Shown here one piece after another: positions 13,372-25,298 of a stretch of 64,000 nucleotides of DNA. The DNA comes from Octopus sinensis (Eukaryota): contig NC_043013.1 of the NCBI RefSeq assembly GCF_006345805.1, positions 46,624,001 through 46,688,000 on the forward strand. The letters are read 5' to 3'. Below the pieces are notes generated by a model that saw nothing but the letters and a program-made list of their open reading frames with translations, did no database searches and was not told where the DNA came from. The position numbers and the translations under genes are program-made. The first letter of the stretch is position 1. Each line of letters opens with the position of its first letter.

Positions 13372-13668
13372 ATGGCTGCCCCCTCGTTATCGAGTATGGC
13401 CATTGTACGAAGCTTAACTGTTACTGGTGCTGTGATCGAATGTGACTTTTTAGCCCAGCTAAAGATCTACAATGTCTTGTACAAAATTGGCAACTAAAAC
13501 CTTTACTGGTAATAGCCGGCTGTAGTTGTAACTGGGCTTCATGTACCTTTGCATGTCGTTTACACTCTCTTCCAAATGCCCGACAGATATGATTAGTATG
13601 GTGTGTTACACCACCACCAGTGGCCAGGTTGTCCCTCATCTGTCTCGCTTTATGACTAGAAGATGACT
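13372..13668 (-). mobile_element. RTE-clade LINE 3' end
   Basis: ORF 13421-13819 C-terminus ...GFSCQFCTRHCRSLAGLKSHIRSQHQ* (RTE terminal C2H2-like motif); short 3' UTR; (TACA)n on both sides. Confidence 0.8.
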
Positions 13669-14310
13669 CATATACATACATACATACATACATACATACA
13701 TACATACATTCATACACACATACATACATACATGCATACATACATACATACATACATACAAATCTATGGTCAACCTGTGTTGGCTTCAGATTTTGCAGGC
13801 CCTTGGGCTGCAACCTCAAAGGCTGTTCTTATCAGCAAGGAAAAATTCAATAAAATTGAATAAAATTACAGTTTAAAAGCGGGCTGCGCTCCTTTTATCT
13901 GTTTGTGCGCATGCGTGTGAGCCAGCGTCAATGTGTTTGTGTTTGACATATGTATTTATGTATGTATGTATGTATGAACGTATGTATGCGTGTGTGTACG
14001 TACGTACGTATGTACGTATGTAGGCATGCTTGTATTTTTCAATTTCATGTGTTTGTGAGTGTGTGTGTGTGCGTGCGCATTTGTGTGTTTGACTATGTAT
14101 ATATGTGCGTGTGTACCTCTGTTTTCTTGTGTGTGCGTGTTTGAGTGTGTCTATGTCTATGGGTTTGTGCAACCATTTACGTGCATTTGTTACGCTTGGA
14201 TGTGTTTCCATATGTGTCTTTGTGGTGTATGGCCTATGTACCTATCTAACTACTAACCTATGTATTTATATGTTTACCTACATATCCATTTACCTATGCA
14301 TACATACATG

Positions 14311-14979
14311 ATGATGGCTGCCCCCTCGTTATCGAGTATGGCCATTGCACGAAGCTTAACTGTTATTGGTGCTGTGATCGAATGTGACTTTTATTTGCTT
14401 TTTAAGGCTACAGCCAGCCATTCAGTTGCGACTCACAGCACCATCAACAATCATGAACAGTGTTGATATCGTGCAATGCCTGTGCAAGAAGATTTTTTTT
14501 TAAAGTGAGGAAAGGCTGTGCACTGAGTCAATCCCACTCACTAAGCAACAGCAGCCATAATCCGAAAAGAAAAACAAGTCGACATCATCGGTACCCACTG
14601 AGCCGCAAGTTTTATGTCGGAGTTATCCCAGTTACCTGAGTTACCTTCTCCTAGAAGGATACCTTGAAAAAGGCTAGGAGTCCTTCAGTCCCAATGGCTT
14701 AACCGCGCGATCGGGTATTCAGTCCGATTAGTTCTATGTCCCCGCACATGATACAACGTTAAGAAAAGAAAAATATTACACATTTATTGGATGGTCGTTG
14801 ACTCCCAAGAGTTCCTCCACCCTTTGACGGATTTTGTTTTTCATCCCGCAGCGTGTCCAATACACACCCTCCTCACCAAGCAAGCTTGGTGGGGTTGCCG
14901 GTTTAGTCGCCGACGGCCCGACCATGCAACAGGTTGTACTGGGTTACATGTTACCAGTAGCACTCGAAAGTGACCTGAC
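14311..14979 (-). mobile_element. Non-autonomous element with RTE-derived 3' tail and structured 5' end
   Basis: The ~80-90 bp at 14315-14398 nearly match the RTE end at 13372-13455; no ORF; flanked by (TACA)n-type sequence. Confidence 0.6.
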
Positions 14980-15127
14980 ATACATACATACATACATACA
15001 TACATACATACATACATACATACATACATACATACATACATACATTCATGCATACACACATACATACATACACACATACCTGCATGCATGCATACATACA
15101 TACATACATATATACATATATACATAC

Positions 15128-15158
<31 letters not shown>

Positions 15159-15179
15159 ATATACATATCAGTTGAATAA

Positions 15180-16387
15180 AGTTAAAACATGGTCTGGTTT
15201 TAACGTTTTTTATTATGATATTTTAATATTAAAAAGAAATATTTTTTGTGATTCTCATGAAGTTAAATTAGCGCTTTCATACATAGAGTAATCATCAGAT
15301 TTCAAATCTGTTTAACTGACAGTTGAGTTCTTCAGAACTCCAGTACCTCTCAGAACGCCCGAACTAGCTGAATTTTTAGAATATGGCTTTAACCAATCCG
15401 CATGCAGCTTAAACATCACGGTTTTCCAGGCGTACCTATTTCTGTAATTTGTTTATGTTTATATGTTAGAGGCATTTTTTAATCCACATCCTTAACTGGT
15501 TGTTATATTATTGCTGTTATTTCCCTTCAGAACAGGTTAGAACATTTCGATAAGCCTTTTCTTGTTTCTAACCTCATTTGCGTCATGTAGTTTGTGGGAA
15601 GAAAAAAGTAGAAACATTTTCTGACGGCATGTTCTCTCAAAGGAATTTGGCAAACATTGGTGTTCCGGATTTGTTGTCTGTGGGACTCGTGAGCGTTCCG
15701 ATAATGCATTCCCTTTCTCGCCTACATATAATGCAAGAGATCAAATTTCTGCTTTTGCAGTTCATATCTGCATTTGCGAAAACCTGCCCATTTTTTTTTA
15801 GTTCTAATGGATCTACCAGTATGCATCTATTGACACATTCCACATCTGTTATCATTTACACTTGGATACTGTTAATATTTTATCCTGTTTGTTCATGTTG
15901 AAATTTGCCTTCGTTAATAGTTTCTTTAGGTTATGCGGTTGCCTTTTGCTTAAGATAGGTGTTTGATTAGTTATGTCTTTTAATTTTTCTCTTTGTTTTA
16001 TGATAGGTGAATTTGTTTTGATGATGTTTAAAATGTTTTGGTGATGCGGATTGTGTGTTACTAGAAATGGTACTGTGTTGCTTTAATAGATTCGTCTGTT
16101 TCGTGTTGCCCTAATTTGTTCTATAGGTATCTCTTTTACTCGTTGTATGCTATTTTCTATAAGCAGGAAAAGGTAATTTTGCTTGAGCAGAAATTCTTTG
16201 TGTTCTGCAAGTCGTGTGTTTCTGGTATTTGGATCATTAACTATAGTACAAGGGATTTAGTCCAAATTAGGAAATAATCATCGTGGTACGTTTTCCATGT
16301 GCTCTCTATATGTATTTTAAATGTCATCTCTTCAATTTTTTTAAAAATATAGGCTTTGTTCCAAGTATCCCAATATTTCTATATCTC
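15180..16387 (-). mobile_element. Degenerate Penelope-like element (RT C-terminus + GIY-YIG + terminal repeat)
   Basis: Minus-strand translation: LGYLEQSLY, TWKTYHDDYFLIW (RYIDD motif), PILSKRQPHNLKKLLTKANF, NCKSRNLISCIIC..HRQQIRN..QIPLREH; truncated by the mariner insertion at 16388. Confidence 0.75.
15265..15302 (-). ncRNA. Candidate minimal type I hammerhead ribozyme in PLE terminus
   Basis: RNA: AAAU-CUGAUGA-U-UAC[UCUAU]GUA-U-GAAA-GCGC-UA-AUUU. Stem I AAAU/AUUU, palindromic stem III AGCGCU, NUH triplet CUA. Activity untested. Confidence 0.55.
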
Positions 16388-17648
16388 TTGGGTCATCCCA
16401 ATGCGTTTTTTATACTTCTTCTAAATTTCAAAATTAAGATAAACAAAGTTCTTTTGTAATCTCAAATATACTCTCCTTCATTTCCTACAATGTCCTTCCA
16501 TCTATCTGGTAGCCTTGCAAGGCCCTTCTTCCAAAATTCACTTGTCCGTGACGAAATATACTCCTCCAGTACTGTTCTGGTTTAACATTTCAAATATTTT
16601 TTTCGTCCAAATGATTTTGAAGACTGTGGAGTAAATGATAATCAGGTGGGGCAATGTTCGGCGAATAGGGTGGGTCGTCGCTTCCCATTCAAACTGCTCC
16701 AGCCTTTGGAATATTATTTCCACTGTATGTAGCTGAGCATTATCCTGATGGAAGAATACCTTTTGTCTTGAAACCAAAGATGGTCATTTTTCTTCTAGCG
16801 CTGACTTAAGCCGCTCAAGTTGCTCGCACTAGAGCTCCCTTGTTATCGTTTGGTATGGGTTTAAATGTCCAAAGTGGACCAAACCTTTCATATCCCACCA
16901 AACAGATAACAGCACTTTACGTGGGTGAAGATCTTTAGCCTGGGCTGCCGGTGTTTCTCTTTTCCCTACCCTCTGTCTTCGGCGCTTGACATTTTTATTG
17001 AGAACCCATTTCTCGTCACCCGTCACTATTCGGTTCATTCGTGAGACGTGACAGCAAAGAAGAGCACATATTCACTCTCTGCACGCGATTAGACTTGAAA
17101 AGTTTATGATGAACCCATTGATCCAATCTGCTGACTTTTACGATGGAAAGCAGTTGTCGATGAATGGTTGAATGACCAAATCCAAGCCTCTCTGCTAGAT
17201 CCTCAACAGTTTCGATGGTATTTTGTTCCACCAAGGTTTGCGGGACGTCCTCACCGAGCTCTACAGATCTTGCAGTACGAGGCTTGACTTCTAGGCTGTA
17301 GTTTCCAACTCGGAATTTCTGGAACCACCGTTGACATTGGCTTACGCTTATTTGTCCGAGTCTCATATACTTCATTAATATTGCTCGCACTTTCCGTTGC
17401 GTTTTTGCCCTTATTAATCTCATAAATCAAAATATGCCGAATATGTTCCTTTATCACTTCCATTACAGCTTTTCCATTATAACTGTTAAAATCGAACTGC
17501 CCTCTTCGAAACTTGCACAATGAATAAAGATAAGGGAAAATTACTATTTGCTTTTATAGCAAATTGATGCAGGTAGTTTATCCGGCCCCACTCCGACTTT
17601 TAATTCAAACATTTGAAAAAAAAACGCTTTATTTATGGGATGACCCAA
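16388..17648 (-). mobile_element. Full-length, inactivated mariner (DD34D) transposon
   Basis: TIRs TTGGGTCATCCCA at 16388-16400 and TGGGATGACCCAA ending 17648, TA at the right end; frameshifted transposase with CQRWFQKFR, IVTGDEKWV, HPRKVLLSVWWD, HQDNA; start codon near 17463. Confidence 0.92.
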
Positions 17649-18097
17649 TATATATATATATTTGGCTACTTAACCACCTACTAGAAAATATACCTCCGTA
17701 TGTATATTCTGTGGGTATTGGGTTATCAGAAACTGTAGGCATCAGTTGTTAGTTGTCGGAGCACTGCATCCTTCAAAACTTCCATGCTTCCTGAGATTTG
17801 CCAACACTACACCTGATTTTCTCCCCTCCATACACACGCAAGCATGTATCTGAATCATACATTGTTCGCTTTCCAAACTTTATGCGCACTTTCTGAGAAG
17901 TTGTGCTGCACCTGATCACTGTATACAATAATTTCATTATTATTATTATATGTATATGTGTGTGTGTGAGTATGTGTGTATATATAGATATATTTAATCC
18001 AAATATGAAAACACAAAGAGAAAAACACAACAACGCGAGGACGTGGAACAAATATAGTATTATTGGACGCTCAGGAAGGAAGGGAAGAAGGAATATA

Positions 18098-18314
18098 TAT
18101 CAGTCATTGGACTGCGGTCATGCTGGGGCACTGCCTTGAAGAATTTTAGTCGAACGAATTGACCCTATGATGTATTTTTTAAATCTAAGACTGGTACTCA
18201 TTCCATCGGTCTGTTTTGCCGAATTGGTGAGTTACGGAGACGTAAATACACTAGCATCGGTTGTCGAACACAGACACAAGGACATACACACAAACGTACG
18301 TACACACACACACA

Positions 18315-18369
<55 letters not shown>

Positions 18370-18542
18370 ACACACATACACACGACAGTCTTCTTTCAAT
18401 TTCCGTCTACCAAATCCACTCACAAGGCTTTGGTCGGTGCAAGGCTATTAGAAGACACTTGGTCAAACTGCAACGCGGTTGCACTGAAACCGAAACCAAT
18501 GGTTTGGATGTAAGCTTCTTACCACTCAACCTGGCCTGCACC
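18098..18542 (-). mobile_element. CORE-like SINE with internal (CA)n
   Basis: Reverse-complement of family tail, body and degenerate head. Confidence 0.8.
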
Positions 18543-18586
18543 TTATACATACACACACAGCCAGGCCTGCACCTTATGCACACACA

Positions 18587-18627
<41 letters not shown>

Positions 18628-18680
18628 ACACATACAAACACACACACACAAACACACGTACGTACACGCACAAACATATA

Positions 18681-19073
18681 TCTTTATATATAAAAGAAAG
18701 GTTGTGTGTCTGTCTACTCCGATTTAGATTCCTAACTACTCCCACATTTTGCGATGCAGTTTAACCAAAACCGGGTATCTTATAGTCGTGATTCATATCG
18801 AGCCCTTCTGGGTATTAGCGCGCGTCTACGATGAGTCTACGATTTTAAAAATAATTTACCATCATTTTTTCCATTTTAATGCATATTTTTTTAATAAAGG
18901 GAAGTAACTCTCTAAAAATGTCTACGATGAGTCAACGATTTTAAAAAAAAATTTACCATCATTTTTTTACCATTTTAATGCATTTTTTTGCTATTTTTTT
19001 GGCTATAACTCTCTAAAAATGCTTTATAGTTATTTCCCTTACAAACCCGAGCAACGCCGGGCGATACTGCTAG
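18681..19073 (+). mobile_element. Non-autonomous Helitron
   Basis: 5' TC(TTTATATATAAAAG), subterminal hairpin CCCGAGCAACGCCGGG at 19046-19061, 3' CTAG, inserted between A and T with no TSD; ~100-bp internal tandem duplication. Confidence 0.85.
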
Positions 19074-19621
19074 TATATATATATATATACTTCACATCAA
19101 AGAACACTGGTAAAAATTACCAATATGTTGCCGCCTTCCCATCTGGACATAATCATCGAGGTAGTAATAGATGCTGGTTGTTCGTCAGACGTAAATGCCA
19201 CTTACAAAATGAACGAGAATGATGTGTGTGGAAAAACTAACGAGAGATTTCGAAAATCATGCTGCTAGTATGGATTATTTGTAGCACAAACTATTGATGA
19301 AGGACTTGGCTTTGTGACAAAATGTTTGAACAGCTATTCGGAAAATTGAGTTGTACGAAGATCGAGTGGAATGGCAGAGAGAAACTCTAATCACTCAGTG
19401 GAATTGGCCAAACTATGCAAGACGTTCGACTTCTAAGTAATTGTTATCCACCAGGTAGAGCGCCTTGTCAATAAGATAGATAAGTCAGAAACCAGCGTTT
19501 GCATCGTTGAAAATGTTAAGAAATCTTATCAAAGGATTCTACGGCCTTCTATATATATATATATACATACATATGCATACATATATATACATACATACAT
19601 ACATACACACACATATATATA

Positions 19622-19691
<70 letters not shown>

Positions 19692-19877
19692 TATATACAT
19701 ACATATACATACATACATACATACATATATATATATATATGTGTATGTATATATATGTATATATATATTTACAAGTGTGTGTGTATGTATGTGTACGTGT
19801 GTTTATGTATATGCTTGTATGTTTACACACATACACACACACACAAACGCACATATATATATATTCTTACAAAAACA

Positions 19878-19942
<65 letters not shown>

Positions 19943-20494
19943 GCACACAAACACACACATTCATATACATATGTATACACATATGTGCATGTATGAGACA
20001 TGAGAATACGCCAAGTTTAGGGTTTAGAATTTAAATAAACATTTTCAAAATCTATATTTTCAATCATAGTTTATTTTACCCCTTTACTCACGTGACACAT
20101 TGCTGATTTATTAATTACGCTGAACATTTTGATCGCTGTAGTCTAATTAGCTGCAATAATTATAAATAATAATTTTTTACGAAATATTAAAAATGTATAT
20201 CAATCTCACCCATTGTTATACCTACATACATATATATACTTCATACGTGCATATATGTACATATATACATATCTGTGTGTTTCTATATGGGTATATGTAT
20301 GAATGTGTGTAATTGTGTGTGTGTGTGTGTGTGTGTATTATGAAGAATGATCTTATCTAAGGATATATGAATATAAACTCATCAACTTAAAGCTCTTACG
20401 TGCTGCAGAAACAAATATTGTGATCTTCTAAGCCTGACATCCTTCACTCATGTGTTATAGGATTCCTAACTATCTACCTCCCCCACTCACTCTG

Positions 20495-20573
<79 letters not shown>

Positions 20574-20584
20574 TTTTCTTCCTT

Positions 20585-20732
20585 TCCCTTCCCCCCCTTT
20601 TTTTTGTCCTCTTTCTTTCCCTTTACGATCCCTTTTGATCGAAAACCAAACCCCCTTTTTTACCCCCAAAAGAAAAGCTCTACATTATAATTTGTCCTGT
20701 CTGTGTGCAACCCTGTGTGGCTAATAAAGAAA
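20585..20732 (+). mobile_element. Retroelement 3'-end fragment (family of 10560-10753)
   Basis: CGATCCCTTTTGATCGAAA, AAAAGAAAAGCTCTACATT, TGTGTGCAACCCTGTGTGGCTAATAAAGAAA. Confidence 0.55.
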
Positions 20733-20803
20733 CATATCTATCTATATCTATTTCTATATATATATATATTATTATTATTTATATATAATATATATATATA
20801 ACA

Positions 20804-21212
20804 GGCGTAGGAATGGCTGTGTCGTAAGTAGCTTGCTTACGAACCACATGGTTCCGGGTTCAGTCCCACTGCGTGGCACCTTGGGCAAGTGTCTTCTGCT
20901 ATAGCCTCGGGCCAACCAAAGCCTTGTGAGTGGATTTGGTAGACGGAAACTGAAAGAAGCCCGTCGTATATATGTATGTATATATATATGTATGTGTGTA
21001 TATATGTTTGTGTGTCTGTGTTTGTCCCCACCCCCCAACGTCGCTTGACAACCGATGCTGGTGTGTTTATGTCTATGTAACTTAGCGGTTCGGTAAAAGA
21101 GACCGATAGAATAAGTACTAGGCTTACAAAGAATAAAGTCGTGGGGTCGATTTGCTCGACTAAAGGCGGTGCTCAAGCATGGCCACAGTCAAATGACTGA
21201 AGCAAGTAAGAG
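20804..21212 (+). mobile_element. CORE-like SINE, full length
   Basis: Complete head GGCGTAGGAATGGCTGTG, CACCTTGGGCAAGTG body, family tail. Confidence 0.9.
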
Positions 21213-21566
21213 AGTATATTATATATATATTATATATATTATATACAAACGCACACAAAAACGCATGCACATACATAGACACTCACACACACTCTCTCTC
21301 TCTCTCTCACACACACACACAAGCACACAGATAGATGTAAGTCTTCTCAGCTCTATACGATGAAGTCAAATACGATTGTATTGTGAGAGCGCAGCAACTC
21401 TCTTTGGCAAACAGCGTTAGAAATATCAAAGTAAATAACCGATCAGAATTATCTCATAGCCATCAATTAAACAAATCTGACATATACACTAAAAATGAGG
21501 CTATATGCGGTCACTGAACTCGCTATTAAGTGTTGCAGCTAAATCTCTTTCGCATTATATACTACC

Positions 21567-22521
21567 TATTTCTTTACTGCTCATAAGGGGCTACAGACAG
21601 AGGGGACAAACAAGGATTGACAAACGGATTAAGTCGATTATATCGACCCCAGTGCGTAACTGGTACTTAATTTATCGACCTCGAAAGGGTGAAAGGCAAA
21701 GTCGACCTCGTCGGAATTTGAACTCAGAACGTAGCGGCAGACGAAATACCTATTTCTTTACTACCCACAAGGGGCTAAAAACAGAGGGGACAAAGACAGA
21801 CAAACGGTTTAAGTCGATTATATTGACCCCAGTGCGTTACTGGTACTTAATTTATCGACCCCGAAAGGATGAAAGGCAAAGTCGACCTCGTCGTAATTTG
21901 AACTCAGAACGTAGCGGCAGACGAAATACCTATTTCTTTACTACCCACAAGGGGCTAAAAACAGAGGGGACAAAGACAGACAAACGGTTTAAGTCGATTA
22001 TATTGACCCCAGTGCGTAACTGGTACTTAATTTATCGACCTCGAAAGGGTGAAAGGCAAAGTCGACCTCGTCGGAATTTGAACTCAGAACGTAGCGGCAG
22101 ACGAAATACCTATTTCTTTACTACCCACAAGGGGCTAAAAACAGAGGGGACAAAGACAGACAAACGGTTTAAGTCGATTATATTGACCCCAGTGCGTTAC
22201 TGGTACTTAATTTATCGACCCCGAAAGGATGACAGGCAAAGTCGACCTCGGAGGAATTTGAACTCAGAACGTAGCGGCAGACGAAATACCTATTTCTTTA
22301 CTACCCACAAGGGGCTAAACACAGAGGGAACAAAGACAGGCAAACGGTTTAAGTCGATTACATCGACCCCAGTGCGTTACTGGTACTTAATCTATCGACC
22401 CCGAAAGGATGAAAGGCAAAGTCGACCTCAGTGGAATTTGAACTCAGAACGTAATGCCAGACGAAATACGGCTACGCATTTCGCCCGGCGTGCTAACGTT
22501 TCTGCCAGCTCGCCGCCTTGT
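21567..22521 (-). mobile_element. Nin/Deu-like SINE type A pentamer (four headless 180-bp units + one full unit)
   Basis: Junctions GAAATACC|TATTTC at 21751, 21931, 22111, 22291 (period 180); 15-bp TSD GCAT(T/C)ATATACTACC at 21552-21566 and 22522-22536. Confidence 0.9.
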
Positions 22522-22589
22522 GCATCATATACTACCATTGTCTTAATAAACGAAGGGATCAAGTGGCTAATGTATTCCTTGTTCTAAAC

Positions 22590-23200
22590 CAGTGGTTTTC
22601 AACCGGGGTCCATATGGCCCTTGGGGTCCAAAAAGGATTTTGTTGTTAAAATTATATGCAATAAATTTGTCATACTTCTATAATACCCGAAAGAGTTTGA
22701 CAATTTTTGTAATAAAATTGTTCATAATATCTTAATTATAGGTGCTGGCATGGCTCTGTGGTAAGACTTGCTTCCCAACCACATGGCTCCGGGTTCAGTC
22801 TCACTGCATGGCAACTTGAGCAAGCGTCTTTTAATGCAATTGTTCATAATATCTAATTGTAGGTGCTGGCATGGCTCTGTGGTAAGAAGCTTGCTTCCCA
22901 TCCACATGGTCCCGGGTTCAGTCTCACTGCATGGCAACTTGATCAAGCGTCTTTGAATAAAAGCTTTACGAGGGAATTTGGTTGACGGAAACTGAAAGAA
23001 GCCCGTCGTTTATACACATGTACCAGGCTTAGAAGAAAAGAAAGTACCGAGGCCGATTATGCTCCAGTATGGCCGCAGTCTAATGACTGGAACAAGTAAA
23101 AAAATAAAGATATTATAAGATATTTTAAACCTCGAATGGCTTCGACATTAACGAAAAATAGGAATGAAGGGGATCCATAAGTAAAAAATGATTAGAATGA
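22590..23200. mobile_element. Degenerate hAT (Charlie-like) MITE with nested SINE
   Basis: Left end CAGTGGTTTTCAACCGGGGTCCAT preceded by TTCTAAAC; only a degenerate right-end-like segment (GGGGATCCATAAGTAAAAAATGATT) near 23170-23195. Confidence 0.4.
22717..23110 (+). mobile_element. CORE-like SINE with ~120-bp tandem duplication of head plus flank
   Basis: TTGTTCATAATATCT..AGGTGCTGGCATGGCTCTGTGG..CAAGCGTCTTT occurs twice in tandem (~22718 and ~22840). Confidence 0.75.
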
Positions 23201-23354
23201 TTATTATATAATATGAGTAAAAATAAAGCGTGATGGCCACAAGTGGAACGTCTTTGATCACAAAACTACTAGTGAACGATGATTGAGTTGTAATTAAACA
23301 ATAACAGTTACTACAGAACTGAATATAGGGACAGCGAAAGGTATATAGTTAATA

Positions 23355-24152
23355 TTGGTTTCAAATTTTAGTACAAGGCCAGCAATTTCAGGAGAGGGAC
23401 AAATTGATTACATGGACCCCAGTACTCAACAGGTACTTATTTGATCGACCCCGGAAGGATGAAAAGCAAAGTTGACCTCGGCAGAATATGAACTCAGAAC
23501 GTAAAGACGGACGAAATGTAGATAAGCGTTTTACTCGGTGTGCTAACGTTTCTTATTTTTTTTACTGACCACAGGGGCGTTAACATAGAGGGGACAAACA
23601 AGGACAGACAAAGAGATTCAGTCGTTTACATTGACCCCAGTGCGTAACTGGTACTTATTTAATCGACACCGAAAGGATGAAAGGCAAAGTCAACCTCGGC
23701 GGAATTTGAACTCAGAACATAGAGACTGAAGAAATACCTATTTCTTTACTACCCACAAGGGGCTAAACACAGAGCGGACAAACAAGGACAGAGAAACGGA
23801 TTAAGACGATTATATCGACCCTAGTACGTAACTGGTACTTAATTTATCGACTCCAAAAGGATGAAAAGCAAAGTCAACCTCGGCGGAATTTGAACTCAGA
23901 ACGTAAAGACAGAAGAAATACCTATTTCTTTACTACCCACAAGGGGTTAAATACAGAGAGGACAAACAAGGACAGACAAACGGATTAAGTCGATTACATC
24001 GACTCCAGTGCGTAACTGGTACTTATTTAATCGACCCCGGAAGGATGAAAGGCAAAGTCGACCTCGGCGAAATTTGAACACAGAACGCAGCGGCGGACGA
24101 AATACCGCTAAGCATTTCGCCCGGCGCGCTAACGTTTCTGCCAGCTCGTCTG
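23355..24152 (-). mobile_element. Chimeric Nin/Deu-like SINE multimer (three type A units + head-truncated type B unit)
   Basis: GAAATACCTATTTC junctions near 23738 and 23920; type B unit joined at GCTAACGTTTCT|TATTT (~23553). Confidence 0.8.
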
Positions 24153-24174
24153 CTTTAGGTACATAATTAATATT

Positions 24175-24310
24175 AAGCAACAACAACAACAACAACGACA
24201 ACAGCAAAAACAACACCAGCACCAGTAACAACAACAACAACAAAAACAACAACAGCAATAACAACAATAACAACAACAACAACAACAAGAAAGGCAACAG
24301 CAATAATGAC
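24175..24310. repeat. Imperfect (AAC)n trinucleotide tract
   Basis: Directly visible; explains the poly-Leu ORF 23947-24348. Confidence 0.9.
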
Positions 24311-24819
24311 AGCATGAAGATAAAAAAATGAAAACGACAACGCATCACTTCCTATTGTATTGTTACCAATATCTTAGATCAAAGACACAGTTAATCGCCG
24401 CGTTGTGTGTCTGGAGAGGAAGCAATTTTGTCGAAATGTTTTCAGTTGTATTAGTCATGAACCACTTTTCCAACGCTGACCCATCACTAACATCTCAGTC
24501 TACTTTAGCCGAAATACACTTCTTTTGTCTTTCCTATGTCTGCTGTCCTTGCAAATTATCCGATATTGCCATGTATTCACATTCGTCGTATCTTGATTTC
24601 AGCTGGACACACACACACACACGCACATACACACGCACACACACACACTGACGCACACACACACATACACACACACACACACACACAGAGACACACACAC
24701 ACACGCACGCACACGGACGCGCACACGCACACACATTTCTCCATTTTTATTTCCCCCACGTAGTCAATCACTCAGAAGGATGGAATACCTATTGCATATC
24801 TGTCAGTCGGTCTGTCTCT

Positions 24820-24887
24820 ATCTATCTACCTATCTATCTATTTGTTTGTCTGTCTGTCCATCCGTCTATCTATCTACCTACCTATCG

Positions 24888-24973
<86 letters not shown>

Positions 24974-25078
24974 TTATCTACCTACATACCTACCTACCTA
25001 CCTACCTACCTATCTATATATCTATCTATCCATCCATCTATCTATCTACCTATGTATGTATGTATGTATGTATGTATG

Positions 25079-25173
<95 letters not shown>

Positions 25174-25250
25174 ATATCGATCTATCCATCTATCTATCTA
25201 TCTACCTCTGTATGTACGTATGTATGTATGTATGTATGTATGTATGTATG

Positions 25251-25298
<48 letters not shown>

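Noticed and set aside
14880-14979. HDV-like ribozyme call
   Set aside because: Only 7 nt are available for P3/L3 and there is no L3 consensus; kept only as a structured 5' end.
19303-19340. TTGATGAAGGAC...GTGACAAAATG hammerhead-like trace
   Set aside because: Multiple core mismatches; not distinguishable from chance.
21567-22521. CRISPR array or hammerhead retrozyme interpretation of the 180-bp repeats
   Set aside because: No unique spacers, eukaryotic context, and I found no CUGANGA core on either strand of the unit.
21505-22587. 360-aa ORF with repeated units
   Set aside because: It is the antisense reading of the 180-bp SINE array (180 is divisible by 3); the same peptide appears at every SINE copy.
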